Shown: piece by piece, positions 47,701 to 60,084 of the stretch
Numbering within the stretch: the stretch's first letter is position 1
Layout of the letters: every line of letters starts with the position of its first letter
DNA from: Ascidiella aspersa
Lineage: Eukaryota
DNA length: 64,000 bases
NCBI GenBank assembly: GCA_963924565.1
Contig: OZ004608.1
Location: 9,114,001 to 9,178,000 of the forward strand
Direction of reading: 5' to 3'
Translations under genes and position numbers: made by a program
Notes under the pieces: model-generated
The model's input: the letters and a program-made list of their open reading frames with translations, nothing else
What the model was told of the DNA's origin: nothing
The model's database searches: none

Positions 47701-50700
47701 AGTTAATCATCAATGCTTTCCCGCAGTCGCTATGCTTAAAAGAGCCTGTTTAAATCGCAAAAATTGATTAACCTTAATAAGAAAGCCTGAAAATAGAGTA
47801 CGTTGTGCATGCAAAGTCGAAGAAGTACATACCGCTTTATCACACTGTTACCGATCCTAATCATACAACACAAACTCCACTTGTTCAAACTTAATAACTG
47901 ATCCCGAATCTTCGACAACCCCTGACCTCTGACCTCACAGATGCAAGAGAGCGTGACGAGCATGTTCGCCAGTATGACGGAGCGCAACAGCAGCAGGGCG
48001 AGCTCGATCGATCGTGGCTTGTCGTCTGCAGCAGAAGCTCGTGAAAAACTTGTGGAGTCCAAGGAGCGACAACTGGAACACATCGATTCTCTGCAGGAAC
48101 ACGTAAGTCGGCTGTGTCCGCTGCTTTGTAGCGATGTGTTTTTTTGTGCGACTAAAGTGCATACAGAACTTTATGTGAAAACACCGATGCCCCACGAATT
48201 GAACTCGTTAAGACCTAAATCTGTGATTGTTTTTTGTCACGCGGACCCTAAAAAAAATTTTGGTTTGCGTGAACCGGGGACGTCATGAAGTTTTTCGAGG
48301 TGGCGGTAAAATATAAATTGACTTAAAAAAAACTGCTGTTTTCGGTCCTACTTATGAGAAAATATTAAACTTGAATCGAATCTAAACAGATCCAAGGAAG
48401 TGGAAAAGCGTTTTTTCTGTTATTATATTTTCTTTTGAAGAAATCAATCTTTTTTTAATTTTTAACTAAGATTTAATAAACTTGGAAAATTAGACGTACC
48501 ACCAAGAGGTCTTTGGACCCCAGTTTAAGAATCACTGACCTAACAGAAGTAAGCGACCCCCCGCCCCCTCCAATATGTGTATAACTTTTCATTAAAAAAT
48601 TATGATTTTAATGAATTTTGCAAGAACGCCGGTTTCCGGTGATCTGCAACGGCTTGCAGTTATTACCCTTTTAAGGTTGTGTGATGGCTATTTCATGTAC
48701 CATACAATATAAAACTCAAAGTTGCAGTCAATCCTAAAAATTATTCCTGTGAAATAAATACCATTAGAACTGCAATTGTTGTCAAAATGTATTCAAAAAG
48801 AGAGTTGAGAAATGTATGTAATACTATAGAAGCTGAAATAACGCCATATTTTTAGCATTATTTTAGGGCACCAATGTTGGCCCCAACTAAAGTGACTATT
48901 TTTAAATTACCGGACTTCAAAATCTTTTGAGCGAAATAACTTGACTCGAACTTCATTTTTAAAAGTGATTTACAACATTTGTCTTATCGCTATTTCCAGT
49001 GCTCGGAAACTCTCGCATCCAGCGCAAAGCGGATTGGCGTGGTCCAGTCCTGCTTCGACCAATCAGCGCTCGACCTGCGCCGTGACGTAGCGGGCCTGAC
49101 CGATGAGAGCCGCGCAATCTTCGCTCGGACGAAGAAGGCTTGTGATGCTTGTGTGGAACAGAGCAGCTCGACCCAGAAGGTAATTGATCGTCGCTCGGTA
49201 TTATGCGCCAAGTTGTGAAAGTTTTCGGAAAGACATTAACAGTCTTTTGGAGAAAGCAAACTGTAGACTTTGAATAAAATGTCATCAGCCCTTGATTTCA
49301 ACTCGATTTATTTCTATTCTTAACCGTATGAGGGTTATGTAAAAAAAGGTCATCAACGTTCAAACCTGGCCATTTTCATTTACTTAAATTGTTTTTGTAC
49401 TGATTGAAAAGCAATAAAAACCCTCGGCATTATTTTTTTTTTTTGGCTGAAGTTAAGTTTTTAGCAAACTTACGATTTAACGAAAAACTGATGGCCAATA
49501 TGGTATTACTTTGGCAGTAGAAACTCGATACGTGAAAATGTTGCGTGTTTGTCCCAGGTGGTTTAAAAAAAATTAGTTTAGGCCATCTTAAAATTCCTGT
49601 GAATTTCTCTAGGTCTTTATTGCTGTGCAATTGGATAACATTTTGCGGTTTCTGCTAGATTCTAATATAGCATTCTAGCTATTGTTCACTTTTTATTATT
49701 GGTAACAGCAATGCACCGTAAATATTTTCCGTTACTTGCTGCGCTTCATCAAAACTCTTCGTTAAATCTCCTAGAAAATTCCAGAAATACGAGAAAGCAA
49801 ACACGTGCCTTATCAGGACCCGTGACCTCGTCCTAATCTATTTCCATCGAACAAGATTCCGTTTTATTAAACCCTTCCCTACTTCTTCAAGGCTTGTGCT
49901 TCGAGCGGCGTCGCTCTCGAGCGCCAGTGTGCTGATGTGGTGGCCCAGCTGGGTGACACGTCATCATGCCACCTGGAACGTCTTGTGGGGACAGTGCAGG
50001 AGGTGCAAGACAAAACGTCACTGGCCGAGGAGGCGATCAACTCGGCCACTAGATCCATCGTACAAGAGGTGGAAGACTTCTGTGCAAGCAAGATCGTGCG
50101 TGTGCTGCCCACAGGTTCGATCAGCTTTGATAGCGTTTATTTGGTTGGATTTTAGGATTGATTTAACTTAAATCATTTAAGTGTTTAGTCCAGGTGAAAG
50201 CACCAGCATCCCAGAAAAGATTTGCCATTTTAATTGCCGATTTTGTAAATTTAAGTGTGAAAATCTTAATGATATCCAATATGTTTAAATTCGACAAACA
50301 TTTTTTTTGAATAAATATTCATTAGGAATTACGCGTTGTATAGCATATGTACAATAAGCGTATCAGTACTGAATGTTCGAGCAACCATTGTAGAGAGGTG
50401 TACAAAAATTCTTCGTTTAAAAATTTGCGGGGCTTAGTTTTATTTTAACGAGGCAAACGGGGGGGGGCGGGGTCGTTCCGCCGCCACGTAATAATTGTTA
50501 AATAGGTTATTTTTTTCGATTTTTTTCGAGCAACGCCCTAACGTTAATGTCATTAACAAGGTTGTTTGGTGGGCGGAAAATACGAACCGCCTCTCCGAAT
50601 TCTCTAGACTTAGAAAACTTCTAGGTTAGCTGATCGCTTACCGTACTACAATTGCGTATCCGTATATAGTTTAATGAAAAACACGTATAAGTTTTTTCAA

Positions 50701-52284
50701 TTGATGTGATCCTCTGGCGATATTCCTACCAAGCCACAGCCTCGTCGCATCGGCAGCCTGTACATCAGGGCTACTTAATTGGCGGACCGCTGTCCGAATG
50801 CGGACCTTTTCAGTGTGCAATGCGATTTGATGAGTTTTTTCTTGGCAAACAATTGCTGCTGTTCGTTGAAAACCTCTTTCTATAGTAACGGACATTACAG
50901 AATTCTCAGTTGAAGCGAAGGATATATGTAAATTATACCGTATTACATTTTGTGTGACTGTAAATTATTTCATGATAGTTATAACGGATCTACTTTTCTG
51001 ACTGGATCTTTGCTGAAAATGGTTGAGTAGCACTGCTGTACTTTAATAAACGTAGAAACGGAACTGTTTGCTCCAACACAGGCGAAACTCCAGCAAGGAA
51101 GGAGTACAAGTACACCCGGCATATCCCCGCCGCTCCAGAGGAGGGGGATCTCTTGCGGAGGTTCCAGGAGCGGATGCAGGAGGCTGAGGATGAAGATGAG
51201 GGAGCGGACACGGAGGAGGAAGATCAAGAGCTCTGCTCCGAGCTGCAGGAGGAAATGGACTCGGCGGAGACGCTTTCTCTTCAGGTTCGCTTCCGACTTT
51301 GGTTACGTTGTGAAGTAGGTTTGTCCTAATATATCGAAACGGAGCCGATACCGGAAGCCATGTGGTACTTGTTTGGTATTAGTGTGGCATCGGTACCTAT
51401 GCGATATCAAATTTATATGGCAATTTAAGACGTGATTTACCGTCCAACGTGCTGTTTCTATTTAAACAAAAAAATTATTTAAGGGAAAAGGTTAACAACT
51501 AACACTAAAGCAAATTTTGCCCAATAACATACACCAAGTTTAAGTTTCAATTATTTCGTTGTTTAAGCGAAGTAATAGCGTCACTTTTTTGTCCAAAAAA
51601 TCGGAGATCGGTATCGGAATATATAAATAGTTAAATACCGAACATCCCTAGTTAATAGTTGTCTCATTTCCTGACTTCGGACGATTTCTTTTAGTTTAGG
51701 CGACTTTTTTTCTTTTGTATTTACAATATGTTTTAAACCTTGTGCTGTTGTTCGTTTGCAGAGCTCAAATTCGGACGATCTAAACCAAAGCATCACGATC
51801 CCAAGTGGAGGCGGTGGCATGCCATTCTTTACTGTAAGTTGTGCTTTTTTGCTTCACTTTTAGACAACAAGTCAGCTATTCTTATAACCAGGGCTGGGAA
51901 GCTACCGTAAAATAAATTAGCTCCGGCTCCAGCTCCGGAGCCATAAGGCAATTATTAAATGGCTCCGGCTCCAGCTCCGGAGTCGTAAAACTCAATCCTT
52001 TGGCTCCGGCTCCAGCTCCGGTGCCACCAGTCACTTATTCAATGGCAAGTTTTAAAAATTGCTTTTGGCTAACTAACGTTGGAGATGGAACAAAATATAA
52101 TTTCTTAGCTTTAGCACCACAAATTGAAAAATGGCTCCAGCTCCACAAAAATAATAAAAAGGGCTTCGGCTCCGGCTCCAGCTCCACAAAAATAATATAA
52201 ATGGCTCCGGCTCCGGCTCCAGCTCCACAAAAATAATAAAAAGGGCTCCGGCTTCGGCTCCAGCTCCACAAAAATAATAACAAT

Positions 52285-52319
<35 letters not shown>

Positions 52320-52869
52320 TGGCTCCCAGAGAAAATGCTTAGCTTGGGGCTCCGGGCTCCAGCTCCGGCTCCCCAGCCCTGCTTATAACCACCTCGAAAA
52401 GTGCAAAACGCTTGTTTTTTTTGATCGAAAATAACTAGTTGTGCCTAGATTTATCATAAATCAGCCCCTTAAGCGAAAATGTTAACCCATGGACTGAGGA
52501 ACTACTCGTTTTGTTACATATAATGTATTTTTTCTCATTATCCCATTTTTTCTCGTTAATAAACTTCCAAACCATTGCGAAAAGCTAAATACAACATCTA
52601 TAAACCCTCCGGCGATTATGTTATCCCCAGAACTAAGTATCTACTCGTTTTGTAGCATAGAAAGTATTTTTTTCTTAGTTATCCCCGCTCGCTAACAAGC
52701 TTCCAAACCCTTGCGTAAAGCTATTTACTCCGTTTATCCACAGAACCGCAAGGGATCCAGGTCGGCACGGACGGCAAAGACCCACTCCAGCAAGTTGGCC
52801 GCGCCCAAGAGCAAAATTCTGACGAGCCGTGTGCCCTTGCGCGCCACGCAAAACACTCCAAACTACTGA
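38779..52869 (+). CDS. KIF11: Kinesin-5 (Eg5/BimC family), ~1014 aa, 24 coding exons
   Basis: Exons 38779-38822, 38897-39050, 39115-39212, 39735-39873 (P-loop [15 protein letters not shown]), 40182-40304 (LEIYNEE), 40463-40590 and 40666-40762 (switch I NEFSSRSH), 41161-41306 (switch [15 protein letters not shown]), 41589-41781 ([14 protein letters not shown]), 42354-42442 (AAREKNGIY), 42846-42984, 43288-43383, 43848-44055, 44349-44437, 44536-44619, 46760-46882, 47281-47382, 47495-47521, 47941-48102, 49000-49179, 49892-50114, 51082-51284 (BimC box [11 protein letters not shown]), 51762-51833, 52744-52869. Sum 3045 nt in frame. Confidence 0.96.
42681..42790 (+). mobile_element. tRNA-derived SINE-like element or tRNA pseudogene in a KIF11 intron
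   Basis: A-box-like GCAGCTCAGTTGG, T-arm/B-box GGTCGTGAGTTCGAACCTCAC, degenerate anticodon arm. The 3' part CCTCACTGCAxGCTAGTTGTTTTTCTAGCCT..CCTTGCT recurs at 46141-46184. Confidence 0.7.
44849..45187. mobile_element. hAT MITE (CGGACCCC subterminal repeats)
   Basis: TIR CAGGGGTTCT..AGAACCCCTG, perfect TSD TTCTAAAG. A related degenerate copy lies at 48221-48537. Confidence 0.88.
45619..45775. mobile_element. Short MITE
   Basis: Imperfect TIR CAGGGTTTTATTTAGGGTTT..AAACCTTAAAAAAAACACCG, TSD TGTGTATA on both sides. Confidence 0.65.
46228..46676. mobile_element. hAT (Charlie-like) MITE
   Basis: CAGGGATGT..ACATCCCTG termini, TGCGGCCC subterminal motifs, degenerate TSD CTCTAAAC/CCCTAAAG. Confidence 0.75.
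51889..52381 (-). mobile_element. Second, inverted copy of the GGAGCC-repeat hAT MITE
   Basis: Reverse-complement similarity to 1219-1653, TIR CAGGGCTGGG, perfect TSD CTTATAAC (51881-51888, 52382-52389). Confidence 0.92.
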
Positions 52870-54110
52870 TTTCCAAACGCTATCGCTCACTATAAAGAAG
52901 ATTCAGCGTAGTGCGTTGTGTTGATATGGTCTGCTTTGTCGAAATTTCTAACACTATTGGTCAACTTCGTTTATATACATAATATTAATATATTTCATTT
53001 GGTCATGCCATGTAAAACGCTCTAGTTACTAACCCAACATGTGTACAATGTATGGTATACTGTACCTTTAACTGACCTGAAGTAAAATTCTGTTCAACTG
53101 CCTTCGTTATTTTTCTCTTACTGCCCTTTATTTCGAGTCTTTCAAATTTCTTCTGAATTTAAGTAGCTTCGTTCACCTTGTTTATCAGGTCAGTGTTTGC
53201 TTTCATTGCGCTTTACGCCCATTTGTCCTAAAATTAGTAGAAAACCTTGCGTTGCTGCCCCTCGAAATCATACTTTTATCGCCCAATTCGAATCTTAGCG
53301 GTTTTCAGCCTTTGCTTTCACTGCTTTCAATTGGTCATAGATTGTTATAAAATCTTGCGTTTGCTGCCCCCCGAACTCAAACTTTTATCGCCCAATTCGA
53401 ATCTTAGCGGTTTTACATGCGCTCGTTTTATGCGCGATTTCTAGGTTTGCGGTTTTATGTTGTCCCGTGATTTGGGCATTATTCGTGTTTAGTTTTGTAC
53501 ATACCAAACTCAGTTCGATTTTAACAAGCAGAATGTATGCGCATACCGATGCTTCGTCTTACGCGCATAAGCCAGTATATTTGCTCTACAATGTCTGGTG
53601 GCTCTGCTTTCACTAAATGTGCATTTTTCTGCTTCTGTTTATACTGCAAATAAACGAGAAATGTCCTCATTGCAAATTCTGGGTAGGTTAAAAGAAACTC
53701 CTGTTTATCTTATGAGTGTAAATCCAAGACTGTTGTGCATATAACAAAGTTTGTCATGTATCCGAAAAAATATGTTGCGGTTATAGTCAAACCTGTATTT
53801 TATCACCACAAAAAAACGACAAAACTGGATATTTATATTTAAAATGTCTATGCTTGAAGCTCGAAGAAAACATAGAATACTTACGATAAAATGTTGTAAG
53901 ATTTCTATGATACAGCATGTAGAGTGGAGTTTTAACTTTATCTGTGAACTGAAAGGTCGAAATATTTTCAAGTACAGTAACTAGCAAAGTAAGTAGAAAA
54001 GTAGCGTCATATAATAAGATAACTATATTACGATAATTCTTCGACCCATAACCTAATAACATGATATTTTATAATTAGTTTATTGAAGCGGGTTCGCTTT
54101 TGTCTTTTGT

Positions 54111-54313
54111 GGGTAATACTAATTTACAGAATGATGAATGGTCGGAACGCTCACTAATTTAAGTGTTACCCCGTTAAAACAATAATTAACCGCACAATAT
54201 TTGAGTTAGGGTAAGGGTTAGCGTTTGGGTGAAGGTGGGTCAAGTGTTATTATATTTAATAATAAAACTGTGAGGGTTCCGACCATTCATTTTTCCGTAA
54301 ATTAGTGTTACCC
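54111..54313. mobile_element. TIR element with different termini but the same TTAGGG-like core
   Basis: Long TIR GGGTAATACTAATTTAC..TGAATGGTCGGAAC / GTTCCGACCATTCA..GTAAATTAGTGTTACCC, perfect 9-bp TSD GTCTTTTGT, internal GAGTTAGGGTAAGGGTTAGCGTTTGGGTGAAGGTGGGTCAAGT. Confidence 0.8.
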
Positions 54314-54415
54314 GTCTTTTGTGCACCGTAACTCTTGACTTTTTCAGTCTTGCACCACCAAGATCTGGTTAAGATGTGACGTATTTTTCAGGCGAGTTCA
54401 TTAAGAACAAATATG

Positions 54416-54581
54416 GGCGCTGGTCGAGAATCCTTCCACAAACATTATTTGGGTTACGGAGAGTCAAGTAATATTGTTAAATAATAATACTTGAACCACC
54501 CTAACCCAAACACTAATCAAAAATAGTGTGTGTTGCTTTAATAATTGTTTTAACGAACTAGTAGGACTCTAGACCAGCGCC
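54416..54581. mobile_element. Second copy of the GGCGCTGGTC fold-back element
   Basis: GGCGCTGGTCGAGAATCCT..AGGACTCTAGACCAGCGCC termini, flanks CAAATATG/CAAACATT. Confidence 0.8.
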
Positions 54582-54641
54582 CAAACATTCCCTGAAATGT
54601 ATAAATGAGGACAATTTAATTTTTTTCTATGAATTTTTAGG

Positions 54642-57600
54642 ATGAGTGACAGTGGTGAGAGTTCAGATGATGAAATCCATGTGCCTAGATTACATGATGA
54701 AGAAGATGGAGATTCTGACAGAGAGGTTAATCTACAATAAATATTTAGTTTATGTGACTATTTGGCAAGATAGTATACAATGCACAACCGTGCAGTATTC
54801 AAAATAAACCGTCAAATTTAACAAAACCAGATTTAAAAAATTGTTTTGGAAAAAAAAACTCCTGGTACCTCTAATATGTAAAAGTCTAGTCAAACTTTTG
54901 GCTTGAAATTAAAAGTACCCAAATAATTAACTATAGAAATTAGTAAACCTATTTGAGCTTTATTTCTTCATAGAGTTTGACAAGGTTTTCAACAAGAGTT
55001 ACCTATCACTTGTTTTACATACGCCCAGGTAGATCCTAATTTTAAATTTCACTTTCTGCAGTTGCAAATTGCATTTGAATCTGGACTACTGAAGCCAGGA
55101 TTAGTTCATCCGATCACAGCACCACCACCTGCCATTAACAATTTGGTACGATTTTTTAAATGGTCTATCTGCTTGCCAAAGATTACCTGATGTTGCACAG
55201 ATTCAAATAAACTGATATTTGAAATCTTACGAAAAATGATTTATATAATTGTTTGATCATTATACGTGTACTTGAATATTTTAACTATCCAAAGATTGTT
55301 ATCTTTGTATATCTCCTTTAGCTAAACTGTATGATACCATGCAAAGGACCAAGTTATCTTGCAGAGTGTGCAGTGCCGGATTAACCCTATACCTAAGCAC
55401 AAGATTGTGATACACCCAATATATCTGTCATTAAAAAATATTTAATGAGTAAAGACAAATTAAAAACAAAACTATATATAAAACTATATAGCATGTTAGC
55501 AACTATGAATATCTAAACAAATATGAATTTGTGCTTGTTTTGCGTTAAATACTTTTTCGTAAAAATGATTAGGGTAAAACAAATATAATATCAGACAATC
55601 ATTGTTTTATGGTTCCCCCTTTCCCCGGACGCCCTAAGCACGTGCTTATATTGCTTAATGGTTAATCCCAGTTGTGATAATGTGTTTGGAGTAACATCTC
55701 ATTTTTGTATTTTTTTCCTGAGAGCCAATTTGTAAAATGGTACAGATTTCTGCTTTATTAACTTTGTTTTTAATTTTTCAGGAAGGTTTGACACAAAAAC
55801 TAGAAGAAATTCAGCAAACCAACCTAGATTGGGTGGAAAGACTGGATGTCACTGTAAACAGAACCGAACTACTTGAGAACGAAAATGACAATGGTGAGAT
55901 CTTTTTTAGTAACTGGTCAATGCTAAACAGACTCAAAACTTATTTTAAACAAATACAAGCCTTTTTAACTTGCCACACGTCCTTTAATTTAACTAGCCAT
56001 TAAGGTTTCAATATGTTTTTTTTAACCGTAGAGGAAAATGGTGACTCAGAGGTGCACAATGACTTCAAACGAGAAGTCGGTTTCTATGAGCAAGCAAAAT
56101 CGTCGGTCATCATAGCAATGAAGCGATTACATGATGCGGGAATAAAGACCAAGCGACCAGAAGATTATTTTGCTGAAATGGCCAAAAAAGATGAACACAT
56201 GAAACGCGTAAGTCAACCATTTGTTAGTGTCATTAAAGTTGTTGAAACCCTAGTCTGCTTTTAATGTACTAAAGCTGGAGACCATAGCTTCGGGGCCAAG
56301 CATTTTCTTTGAGGTTAGACCCTTTTGAAGTAAAGCCATTTTTTTATTTTGTGGGCTGGAAAATGCTATTAAACAGTTGCACCTCAGCCCTGCTTTTAAC
56401 AGCTATCTCTATTTGTTATCTTTAGATACTGGAGGGTTGTAATTTTAAACATAAATCACATTTTTAGGGTTTTCAGTTTGGTATATATTTTTGTTTTAAG
56501 TTGCATCTTTATGGCCTGAGTTTACAGCAAAATACAAGATGTCCCTAAAACCATATAAATGGAAAATGTCACTTTTCATCTCGAGATTTCTGCCTAAAGA
56601 TGCCATTTTGTAATTTTTGTTACCTTGCACTGTTAAACACTATAATGAAATATTCCACAGGTGAGGGAGAAACTGCTAGCATTACAACGACACAGGGAAA
56701 CTGCCGAAAAAAACAGAACCAATTTCAAGCTACGCAAGTATGGCAAGCAAGTGCAACAAGCGGTCACAATGGAAAGACAACAAAGGAAAAAGGAGTTGTT
56801 GAAATCAGTAAAGAAATACCAAAAGGGTGATTAATAACTGCATAAACCCCTTTTATATAAACAATTTCTCTTTTTGTAACGCTTAGCATCTGTAATTGCT
56901 TAGTCCAGTAGTTCTTCACCCCATTTTCGTCCCATTTACCCCTCAACCGACATTCAAACTTAAATCCCCCTAGAAAAAACAGCACCTAAATAATTCGGTG
57001 CAAAATAGGGTGTAACCTCTTTAAAAGGACAAGCTTTTGAGTCGCTATATTAGGACCAAATAATTAGAAATCAACTTTGATAAATGATATTTTAATGAAA
57101 CAAATTTGTATATGCTGTTGTAGAAAACAGCAAAACTACTTAAAGCTTAACATGACGTTATAATAGGTCACTTGCACAGTCATTGTTCTGTCTCGCTTGT
57201 GAAAGAAAGAACTGTACTGTTTGGAATTTGAAGTGGGCTCTGCTAATAACTTACTCTGGTCGTTTCTGTTTTTGTGCCAATATTGCAAACACTAAAAATA
57301 AAAAACACAAACATATGATTTCTTACAAAAATTACAAATCCCCCTTGGAACCCAAAAAATCAACCTCCCTCTGGTTGGAGAACCTCTGGCTTAGACCAAT
57401 ATATATTTTTTTCATGAAATCAAACTCGATGTTAGTTGTAACTCTATTTATTTTTCCAAATGTAAATATATCCTGTTTCTGTTTCATTTTTCAGGTCAGT
57501 CAAAGAACTTAGATTTTCTTGAAGAATCTGACAACCAAAGAGGTCCAGGGAAAAAACTTTCGCAATTACAAAAGCTGCAGCAACAAAAGTAAGGGAATTT

Positions 57601-58287
57601 AAGGCAATTTTAAAATGCACCTCTTGACACACTGTTTTTGAACTACAGGAAGCTAAATCCCAAGCGCGCGCAAAAGAACAAAAAATACGGTTTTGGTGGT
57701 AAAAAGCGTGGACAGAAACGAAATGACAATCAAAGTGCCAACAACGTATCTGGTTTTAAGAAGAACATCCACAGTAAAAAGGTTTGTGTTTTAGCTTACC
57801 TTCTATTTGCCTCAAATGTTGTATTTTTTTATTTTTTTGTCTTACAATTAAAAGACCAATTTTATATGCAATTGTTTTGTATGTATTTTCAGTTAATATA
57901 TCCCTTTTTAAACTTAACAAACTTTATTGTAAATTAAACACATTGTCATTAGACCAATAATGGTTCACAAACTTACACAAAGGTAGTTTCAAGAGTCCAA
58001 GCAACACTGTTAAAATTAGTTTTATTAATAAGAATCATCTAGCCCTGCTTAAAATGTTAGAATTTAGTATGAGCTGTGTTTTTATAATATGTTTGTGTTA
58101 AAATTGATTGGGTCATTATTAGTATTCAAAGGAAGTAATTGGGTAGATAAAAATATAAGATCATTTTCTGCCTGTGATTTAAAGCTTATGATCATGTGAT
58201 TAATCACTTAAAACTTTTGTGTTTTAGGCAACTAACAATCAACGTCCGGGGAAAAGCAAACGAATGAAAAACAAAAACAAGAGATGA
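54642..58287 (+). CDS. EBNA1BP2: rRNA-processing protein EBP2, ~302 aa, 8 exons
   Basis: Exons 54642-54725, 55062-55145 (LQIAFESGLLKPGL), 55782-55893 (LDWVERLDVT), 56032-56207 (NDFKREVGFYEQA..TKRPEDYFAEMAK), 56661-56826 (LRKYGKQVQ), 57495-57588, 57649-57781 (KNKKYGFGGKKRGQKRN), 58228-58287 (RPGKSKR..*). Sum 909 nt. Confidence 0.95.
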
Positions 58288-58711
58288 TTTCGTTGTTTTT
58301 CTTATTTTCTGCTCTTTACTAGCTAGCTCTCAAAAAAATACGCAGGCGCTCTCTTTTACCAATTTATTGAAATGCGTGTTGTATTTCACGACAATAACCT
58401 GGTAAAAGTTGTATTGCACTTGTCAACTGAGGGTCAATCGATTTTTTTTTTTCGGGGAAAAAATTTAAAATATGTACCAGAGCAAACAAGTTAGAAAAAT
58501 ACAGAAATTGGATTACATAGTAGTACGCTTGCTTCACTACCAGCGTTTTTGTGAGGTTTGTTACTTGTTTCCTTCACCCTGCGTGGACAATAAAAAGACA
58601 AAAAAAACAACAACAAAAAATGGCTATGATATAGCAAATACAGCATAGTGTTATATACTACTTAAAAAAAAGTGATAGTCCGGTCTAGGTCCATTAAACA
58701 AACTGGCAAGA

Positions 58712-59775
58712 TCATTGCAAGTTCTCGGTCTGTTCTTTTAGCCTCCAGGCAGCATCCATGTACTTGGTTATTTCCGAATTCTGTCGAGGGAAGTTTAAAC
58801 GACGGTCTTCCCGGCTGTGTTGAACCTGCAATAACCAGCACAAGTTAGAGAATATTACAACTCGTAGGCACATTTTAGCTAAGCATGTCCAAGTAATAGG
58901 TGAATACAGCAAATACCTGATACCAAATGGTTAGTATCGGTATCAAATTGATAAACATTTCAGCCATGATCTGCGATCCAACGCAGTGATTTATAGCTTT
59001 AAAGGCAAATTAATCAACAAATAGTAGATTCGCAACTAGATGTACACGAACTTGTTCAGGCTAACACAAATTTTGGCCTAATAACCTTGAGGAAAATACC
59101 TTTTACCTTCCAATTTTATCTGTTTTACTTATTTGGTAACAATAATGACGTAAATTGGTAACTAATCGGAATAAACTAGAAGGACCAGGCAACCATAATT
59201 CCAGCATCGAGCTACGGTGACTTTCACTCAGTTGTAACATGTAACTTTTACCACTTGCCTTGTCATCAATCGTCAATTTTAGGGCGTACAGTTCCCTGCT
59301 AGAGAAGCTTATGTGCCCACAGTCCCAGACTTACCAGAGGTTTGTGTATCCAGCCATACTCCTGGGCTTCGGTTTGTGGGTGCAGGTACTTGTGGACGGG
59401 CTCTTCAGACGCCCGGTGAATGATCTTCAAGAAGTTCTCTATAGCAAGACAAACTCGCGGTAATGGCTTTAATCGAAAAGGCACTTCACAAGTATGAGAA
59501 TAATAACAAACCGTCTTCCTCGCCATCCGCTGAGTCGTGATACGAGTTCGGCTTGCCAGTTAGCGTGTACACTGCAAAGCAACAGCACGGCTGCTATTAG
59601 GCTTGGAAGTTTCAGCGGATTAACTTAATCACGGCAACTTACTTTTCTTAAACGGGTTAACGCTGTAGTTTGTGTAGAGCTTTTGGTTTCGGACTTCCTT
59701 CTTAATGGTTTCGCACAAGATTGCATTTTGATGAACAATGTTCACTGGCTCTTTTTCTCGCGGTTGCTTCGACAT
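58712..59775 (-). CDS. CFAP144: Cilia- and flagella-associated protein 144 (FAM183 family), ~136 aa, 4 exons
   Basis: Minus-strand exons 59775-59643 (MSKQPREKEPVNIVHQNAILCETIKKEVRNQKLYTNYSVNPFKK), 59571-59512 (YTLTGKPNSYHD), 59438-59335 (FLKIIHRA..PVHKYLHPQTEAQEYGW), 58825-58712 (DRRLNFPRQNSEITKYM..*). Sum 411 nt. Motifs are typical of FAM183. Confidence 0.9.
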
Positions 59776-60084
59776 TACGAGGTTAGATAAAACTAGGGCG
59801 ACCTGAGAAAGTAAACTTAATGGGTAGAAACTAAGAACGCGAAATGTACCTCTCTTAAAAGTGTTAACTGCCAGTAAAATAATTGTTTTACTTTATTGCA
59901 GTATAATTGCTACCGTGGATATGAAAGGTTTTGCAGTTACTCCGCCCATATCCCATGTAAGAATAGCGACAACTGTTCAACAAAAGCAAACGCGGACGTT
60001 TCTAAAGACGCTAATTACAGTTGCTAGAACTAATTGGCATGCAGTTACAACTTTTCTCTCTGCTGTCTTGCTGTCTCGGGAGCA

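Noticed and set aside
50979-51227. Minus-strand ORFs overlapping KIF11, SSBP and FZR1 exons (also 23308-23505, 24563-24814, 47736-48083, 62563-62797)
   Set aside because: These are antisense shadows of GC-rich coding exons.
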